From contig JBBDJV010000008.1 of the NCBI GenBank assembly GCA_040879725.1, forward strand, positions 17,856 to 81,855: a stretch of 64,000 bases of DNA, written 5' to 3'. The stretch is from Minisyncoccota bacterium. Lineage in GTDB: Bacteria; Patescibacteriota; Minisyncoccia; Phycocordibacterales; GCA-2401445. The notes beneath the pieces are model-generated. The model was not told the origin of the DNA. It made no database searches and saw nothing but the letters and a program-made list of their open reading frames with translations. Positions 59,663 through 64,000 of this stretch are shown piece after piece; position 1 is the stretch's first letter; each line of letters starts with the position of its first letter. The translations under genes and the position numbers were made by a program.

Positions 59663-62600
59663 ATGAAGAAAGATTTTGTCCACTTACACACACACAGTCA
59701 CTATAGCCTGCTTTCAGCACTCCCAAAGATCCCAGAGCTTGTTTTAGAGGCCAAGAAATCCAACATGCGTGCTATTGCTCTTACCGACGCAGGCAATATG
59801 TACGGAGCGATTGAGTTCTATAAAACGTGCAAGAAAAACGATATTAAACCAATTATCGGCATAGACTGCTACGTAGCGGAGCGAACTCGTTTTGATAAAC
59901 AAGCAGGAGTAGATAACCGACGAACTCGTATTGTGCTCCTAGCTAAGGATAACCAAGGATATAAAAACCTTATTGAAATTGCGACCCGATCTTTTATTGA
60001 CGGTTTTTACTATAAACCCCGAGTAGACAGAGAGTTGCTCACAGAATACAAATCTGGACTTATTGCGATTATCCCTATTGGGAGCAGTAATGTTAGTAAC
60101 GCCCTTCAGAGCAATGACACAGAGCGCGCCCTTGAGCTTGCTCGTTGGTACGCATCCACCTATCCGGATAATACCTATCTTGAGATAACTCACAATCCTG
60201 AACTTGCTGATCATAATGACTTGGTTGAAAAAACAATCACACTTTCAAAGGATGCAAATATTCCACTTGTTGCGACTCATAATATTTATTACCTTCGAAA
60301 AGAAGACAGACTTGCTAGACAAACTCTCATGTCTGTTCAGTCTGGTGGCGCGCGTGAAAAGCTAAATGATCCAAACGAGGACTTTTCTTTTAAGACTACT
60401 GATGAAATGTGTGATGCGTTTGGTCACATTCCAGAAGCAGTACAAAACTCAGTCACCATTGCAGACTCTTGTAATGTTGAACTTGATCTTGGAACGTGGG
60501 TATTCCCCAACATCGAAACATACGGCTTTGAGACCCACGATGACGCACTTCGTGACAAGGTATACAAAGGAATTGAAATTAGAGGTGTTGAGAAAACAAA
60601 AGAGTTAACAGACAGAATTGAATATGAATTAGATATCATTAAAACCAAGGGATATGCTCCTTACTTTCTTGTTGTAGCTGATTTGCTTAACTTTGCTCAC
60701 TCTGAAAAAATACTAACGACAATTCGAGGTTCTGTTGCAGGTTCATTGGTTACCTATCTTTCCTTAATTACAAACGTAAACCCGCTTGAATACAAGCTTC
60801 CTTTTGAACGTTTCCTTAACCCAGAAAGACCTTCTGCTCCTGACATAGATATGGACTATGCTGATAATAGGCGTGATGAGGTTATTGAGTATGCACGAAG
60901 AAAGTACGGAGCGAATAGTGTTGCTCAGATTGGTACATTTGGAACCATGATGGCACGAGGTGCAGTAAGAGATGTTGCGCGCGCACTTGGATATGACTAC
61001 GCAATTGGAGATCAAATAGCAAAACTTGTTCCTATGGGATCACAAGGTTTTCCAATGACACTTGAAAGAGCTCTTGAAATAGAGCCTGAACTGCAGAAAC
61101 TGTACCGCTCAGACGATGAGGCTAAAGAGATAATAGACATGGCAAGGAAGATCGAAGGTTGTGCGCGTCACATTTCCGTGCACGCAGCCGGAGTTGTTAT
61201 TTCGCCATCAAAGCTTACCGACTTTACCCCACTGCAGTACGATACAAAGGGGGAACAAAAACTAATTACCCAGTATGACATGCATGGTGTTGAAGATGCA
61301 GGTCTGCTTAAATTCGACTTTTTGGGTTTGAAAAACCTTTCTATTCTCGCTGATGCGGTTGAGAGAGTAAAAGTTTACAAAAAAATTGACATAGATATTG
61401 AACGTATCCCTCTTGATGACCCTAAAACTTTTTCTATTTTAGCGAAGGGAGAAACGGTGGGGCTATTTCAGCTAAACGGTTCTGGTATGACGCGCTTTTT
61501 GAAAGAGCTGAAGCCGTCAACCATCCACGATATCAATGCCATGGTTGCGCTCTATCGACCTGGACCGATGGAATCAATTCCCCAGTACATTGAGAGAAAA
61601 CACAATCCTCGTTTAGTTACGTATTTAGATGAGCGCCTAAAACCAATCCTCGAACAGTCTTACGGAGTAATAACCTATCAAGACGACGTCATGCTTATAG
61701 CTATTCACCTCGCTGGTTACTCTTGGCTCGAGGCTGATAAATTGCGTAAGGCAATGGGTAAAAAAATTCCAAAGGAAATGGAGGCTCAAAAGGAAAAGCT
61801 TCATGAAGGCTTTCTTAAAAATGGCTTAAGCAAAGAACTTACAGAGAAATTATGGAAGCTCATTGAGCCGTTTGCTGCGTACGGTTTTAACAAGGCCCAC
61901 GCTGCAAGCTACGGCCGTGTTGCGTATCAAACCGCATACATGAAGGCGAACTTCCCTGCAATATACATGTCAGCCGTTTTGACTGCTGATTCAGGAGACA
62001 CGGAGAAAATTAGTGAAATTATCGGTGAATGTAAGCGAATGAATATAAACGTGCTTCCTCCTGATATAAATTACAGCTTCGAGGGCTTCACGGTTGTTGA
62101 GGAAGATGGAAGTGAACACATTCGTTTCGGATTAACCACCATTAAAAACTTTGGTGAAGGCATCGCACATTCTATCATTGGAGAAAGAAACAAGAATGGA
62201 CACTTCAAATCGCTTGCGGATTTTCTTAAGCGCATTGGAGACAGAAACCTAAACAAGAAATCACTAGAGTCTCTTATAAAAACCGGAGCTCTTGATTCAT
62301 TCGGACAGCGTTCTGCAATGCTCGCTCACTTAGACCACTTGCTTACCTACAACAAAGAAGCAACCCGTACACCTGAAAACCAAGATTCTCTCTTTGCGGG
62401 CTTTGACGACACAATGGAAGAGATTAAACTACCCAAAGCAGAACCGCTAACAGATAAAGAGCGCCTTCAGTGGGAAAAGGAACTACTTGGTTTATATGTA
62501 AGTGGTCATCCACTTGATGCATTTTCATCTGTGTTTGAAAAACAGACATCAGGTATCGATAAGCTGGGAGGAGCACACGAGGGAGTTTCGTTTATTATTC

Positions 62601-62854
62601 CCGGAATAATTGCAGAAACAAAACCCATTATGACAAAAAAGGGCAAACGAATGATGTTTGTTACTATTGCCGACTATACCGGATCGATTGAAGGGGTAGT
62701 ATTTCCAGAAACACTTGAAGAGTATACCGACCTGCTTATTCCAGATACCTGCGTTGCTGTTAAAGGGAAGTTTTCAAAAAGGAACGGAACTCCAAGTATC
62801 ATCATTGAGAAAATCAAACTCCTCGAAGAAGTTTCAAACAAAAAAACCGCTTAA
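59663..62854 (+). CDS. dnaE: DNA polymerase III alpha subunit
   Basis: PHP domain start HLHTHSHYSLL, polymerase core and C-terminal OB fold; 1063 aa. Confidence 0.9.
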   Translation: MKKDFVHLHTHSHYSLLSALPKIPELVLEAKKSNMRAIALTDAGNMYGAIEFYKTCKKNDIKPIIGIDCYVAERTRFDKQAGVDNRRTRIVLLAKDNQGYKNLIEIATRSFIDGFYYKPRVDRELLTEYKSGLIAIIPIGSSNVSNALQSNDTERALELARWYASTYPDNTYLEITHNPELADHNDLVEKTITLSKDANIPLVATHNIYYLRKEDRLARQTLMSVQSGGAREKLNDPNEDFSFKTTDEMCDAFGHIPEAVQNSVTIADSCNVELDLGTWVFPNIETYGFETHDDALRDKVYKGIEIRGVEKTKELTDRIEYELDIIKTKGYAPYFLVVADLLNFAHSEKILTTIRGSVAGSLVTYLSLITNVNPLEYKLPFERFLNPERPSAPDIDMDYADNRRDEVIEYARRKYGANSVAQIGTFGTMMARGAVRDVARALGYDYAIGDQIAKLVPMGSQGFPMTLERALEIEPELQKLYRSDDEAKEIIDMARKIEGCARHISVHAAGVVISPSKLTDFTPLQYDTKGEQKLITQYDMHGVEDAGLLKFDFLGLKNLSILADAVERVKVYKKIDIDIERIPLDDPKTFSILAKGETVGLFQLNGSGMTRFLKELKPSTIHDINAMVALYRPGPMESIPQYIERKHNPRLVTYLDERLKPILEQSYGVITYQDDVMLIAIHLAGYSWLEADKLRKAMGKKIPKEMEAQKEKLHEGFLKNGLSKELTEKLWKLIEPFAAYGFNKAHAASYGRVAYQTAYMKANFPAIYMSAVLTADSGDTEKISEIIGECKRMNINVLPPDINYSFEGFTVVEEDGSEHIRFGLTTIKNFGEGIAHSIIGERNKNGHFKSLADFLKRIGDRNLNKKSLESLIKTGALDSFGQRSAMLAHLDHLLTYNKEATRTPENQDSLFAGFDDTMEEIKLPKAEPLTDKERLQWEKELLGLYVSGHPLDAFSSVFEKQTSGIDKLGGAHEGVSFIIPGIIAETKPIMTKKGKRMMFVTIADYTGSIEGVVFPETLEEYTDLLIPDTCVAVKGKFSKRNGTPSIIIEKIKLLEEVSNKKTA

Positions 62855-62868
62855 AGCGGTTTTTTTGT
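62838..62868. terminator. bidirectional rho-independent terminator overlapping the dnaE stop codon
   Basis: aaaaaaaccgc-ttaaa-gcggttttttt: A-run, 6-bp GC stem aaccgc/gcggtt, loop ttaaa containing the TAA stop (62852-62854), then a T-run. Confidence 0.6.
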
Positions 62869-62886
62869 TTTTGGATTAAGATTGGA

Positions 62887-64000
62887 TTAAGAATTAAGAG
62901 CACTTACGAGCGAAAGTTGTGTCGCAGTATATGCATCGTTGTATGTCATATTTACTGCTCGAAGAAGTTGAGTGATAAGACTTTCAAGTTGTACGTCACT
63001 CCACTGTGAGTATAGTGCAACTAATTCAGGATCTGCATTAGCGTATGTTCCCTCTACTCTGTCTCTATAGACTGCATCGAGGCTTGATACGACATGAGCC
63101 ATGTATTCTGAAAATAGCACATGCTCTGCTCGGAGCGTTCTGATAATTGAAAACACAAGTCCATTATCTCTTACTGCTATTCCACTAAGGAGAGCGTTCA
63201 CGTCATAGGTATCAGAATGAGATGCATCATTGTTTACAACTGTTTTATTCTGTTCCTCAGCTATTCGTCTTTGTGGAGGTGTTGTATTTTCATACTTCAT
63301 GTGATGAGGTAATTCTCCATAGCTTGGTGGACGTGTTGCGGTAATATGCTCTTCAGTATCCATAGGCACATTTCCGTGGTTTTGTTGTGTATTATTTTGT
63401 GAGTTTGCTCCAAATGATGAAAGTAGTGGATGAATATTATCTTGTTGCATCATCATCTGGTTTGATCTGTTCGGAGATACGGTAGGACGTGCGATTTTCC
63501 GTGCCATTGCGTAGGCAATAACTCCACTTAGTATGATTGCTGATAGTACAACAAGCATTGTTTTTGCCGTTGGTCCCAAACCAGTATACGGAATAGAGCT
63601 AAGATACACGAAGGCAAAATTATCTTCTACTTCTTCCTGTGGAACAAATTTCTTTAGAAGAAGCACGTTTGGTGGAGTTGGACCTCCTCCTCCACAACCA
63701 CCAATACATCCACCGCCACCTGAAGTAACTATTGTTTTACATTCCTTTGTAATACTTTCTGTTCCTGATGTAACTTCTATGGTTGCTGTTTTTGTACCTG
63801 TTGTTGTATACGAAGTGTTAACTGATTCGGTTGTTTTTCCGTTTACTCCATCTCCGCTCCAGTTATATATATATCCACCTACTCCACCTACTGCATTTGC
63901 ACTGAAAGTTACTAAAGCACCAACACCAACACTGCTATCACTTACTTCACAAACCGCGTCAAAAGGTGAACCTCCTGTTCCACCGATGACCTCAACAGTA
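62887..64000 (-). CDS. membrane protein with extracellular PKD-like domain, Gly/Cys-rich linker, single TM helix and Q/N-rich cytoplasmic domain (5' end beyond the window)
   Basis: The frame stays open from 63666 to the window edge (manual translation: ...YIYNWSGDGVNGKTTESVNTSYTTTGTKTATIEVT = PKD-like; SGGGGCIGGCGGGGPTPP linker); TM TMLVVLSAIILSGVIAYAMA followed by RKIAR; the GTG at 63666 is only the track start. Confidence 0.6.
   Translation of the reverse strand, partial: TVEVIGGTGGSPFDAVCEVSDSSVGVGALVTFSANAVGGVGGYIYNWSGDGVNGKTTESVNTSYTTTGTKTATIEVTSGTESITKECKTIVTSGGGGCIGGCGGGGPTPPNVLLLKKFVPQEEVEDNFAFVYLSSIPYTGLGPTAKTMLVVLSAIILSGVIAYAMARKIARPTVSPNRSNQMMMQQDNIHPLLSSFGANSQNNTQQNHGNVPMDTEEHITATRPPSYGELPHHMKYENTTPPQRRIAEEQNKTVVNNDASHSDTYDVNALLSGIAVRDNGLVFSIIRTLRAEHVLFSEYMAHVVSSLDAVYRDRVEGTYANADPELVALYSQWSDVQLESLITQLLRAVNMTYNDAYTATQLSLVSALNS

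Noticed and set aside
43251-62854. Checked large genes (rpoB, rpoC, dnaE, ntpA, thrS) for inteins or introns
   Set aside because: Protein lengths are at or below typical sizes, and conserved motifs are contiguous. There is no inserted Hint/endonuclease-like block.
62869-62896. Tandem repeat tggattaagat/tggattaagaa downstream of dnaE
   Set aside because: It has only two 11-bp copies in AT-rich DNA. It is likely incidental.
62950-63590. IPYTG followed by a TM helix and basic residues, resembling an LPxTG sortase sorting signal
   Set aside because: A further ~200 aa follow the TM segment, so it is not a C-terminal sorting signal. It was interpreted as an ordinary stop-transfer anchor.

Overview
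This 64-kb window is from a low-GC bacterial chromosome, roughly 37-40% GC by eye. It is gene-dense and almost entirely housekeeping. The gene content and style suggest a streamlined lineage, possibly Patescibacteria/CPR-like, but that is an inference. Supporting observations are short intergenic regions, few obvious Shine-Dalgarno sequences, several proteins with lysine-rich or acidic low-complexity tails, and reduced versions of conserved clusters.

Gene content by coordinate:
- 71-6000: cysS, corA, an S41 Ctp protease, rplI, rpmA, and a small accessory patch holding a Cys/His-motif membrane protein, a DEDD exonuclease and a GC-rich small ORF.
- 6218-14693 (minus strand): a complete A/V-type ATPase operon in the order ntpG/H-I-K-E-C-F-A-B-D.
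- 14792-15904 (plus strand): a short islet encoding PspC-domain, RNHCP-domain and SLT-like proteins.
- 16129-27270 (minus strand): an M23 peptidase, gltX, murG, ftsW, mraY, a PBP5-type carboxypeptidase, scpB, scpA, aspS, trpS and a NUDIX hydrolase.
- 27420-29350 (plus strand): thrS, which is compositionally distinct at roughly 50% GC.
- 29599-31606: an HDAC-like deacetylase, an orphan DUF397 protein (a family otherwise typical of Actinobacteria) and a small alpha/beta hydrolase.
- 31721-36488 (minus strand): an operon of uppP, plsC, a 536-aa unknown protein and an orphan 7TM sensor histidine kinase.
- 36537-37232: a DsbA-like protein.
- 37225-50134 (minus strand): a supercluster of rpoB, rpoC, dnaG, rpoD (with a lysine-rich N-terminus) and a UvrD-helicase/Fe-S-nuclease fusion.
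- 50344-62854: trmD, a KH protein, rpsP, then rnr, a 138-aa unknown, a short 762-aa SMC-like ATPase, rnc, a NusB-NUDIX fusion, rpmF, rnhB and dnaE.
- 62887-64000: a partial PKD-domain membrane protein that runs off the window end.

I found no rRNA, tRNA, CRISPR array, transposase or integrase. The most unusual non-coding element is a 50-bp perfect GC-rich palindrome at 52030-52079 in the divergent rpsP/rnr intergenic region. I could not identify a complete known defence or mobile system. The best candidates for undescribed biology are the GC-rich palindrome, the NusB-NUDIX fusion, the DUF397/HDAC/hydrolase islet next to a xenolog-like thrS, and the unknown-536/orphan-HK pair.
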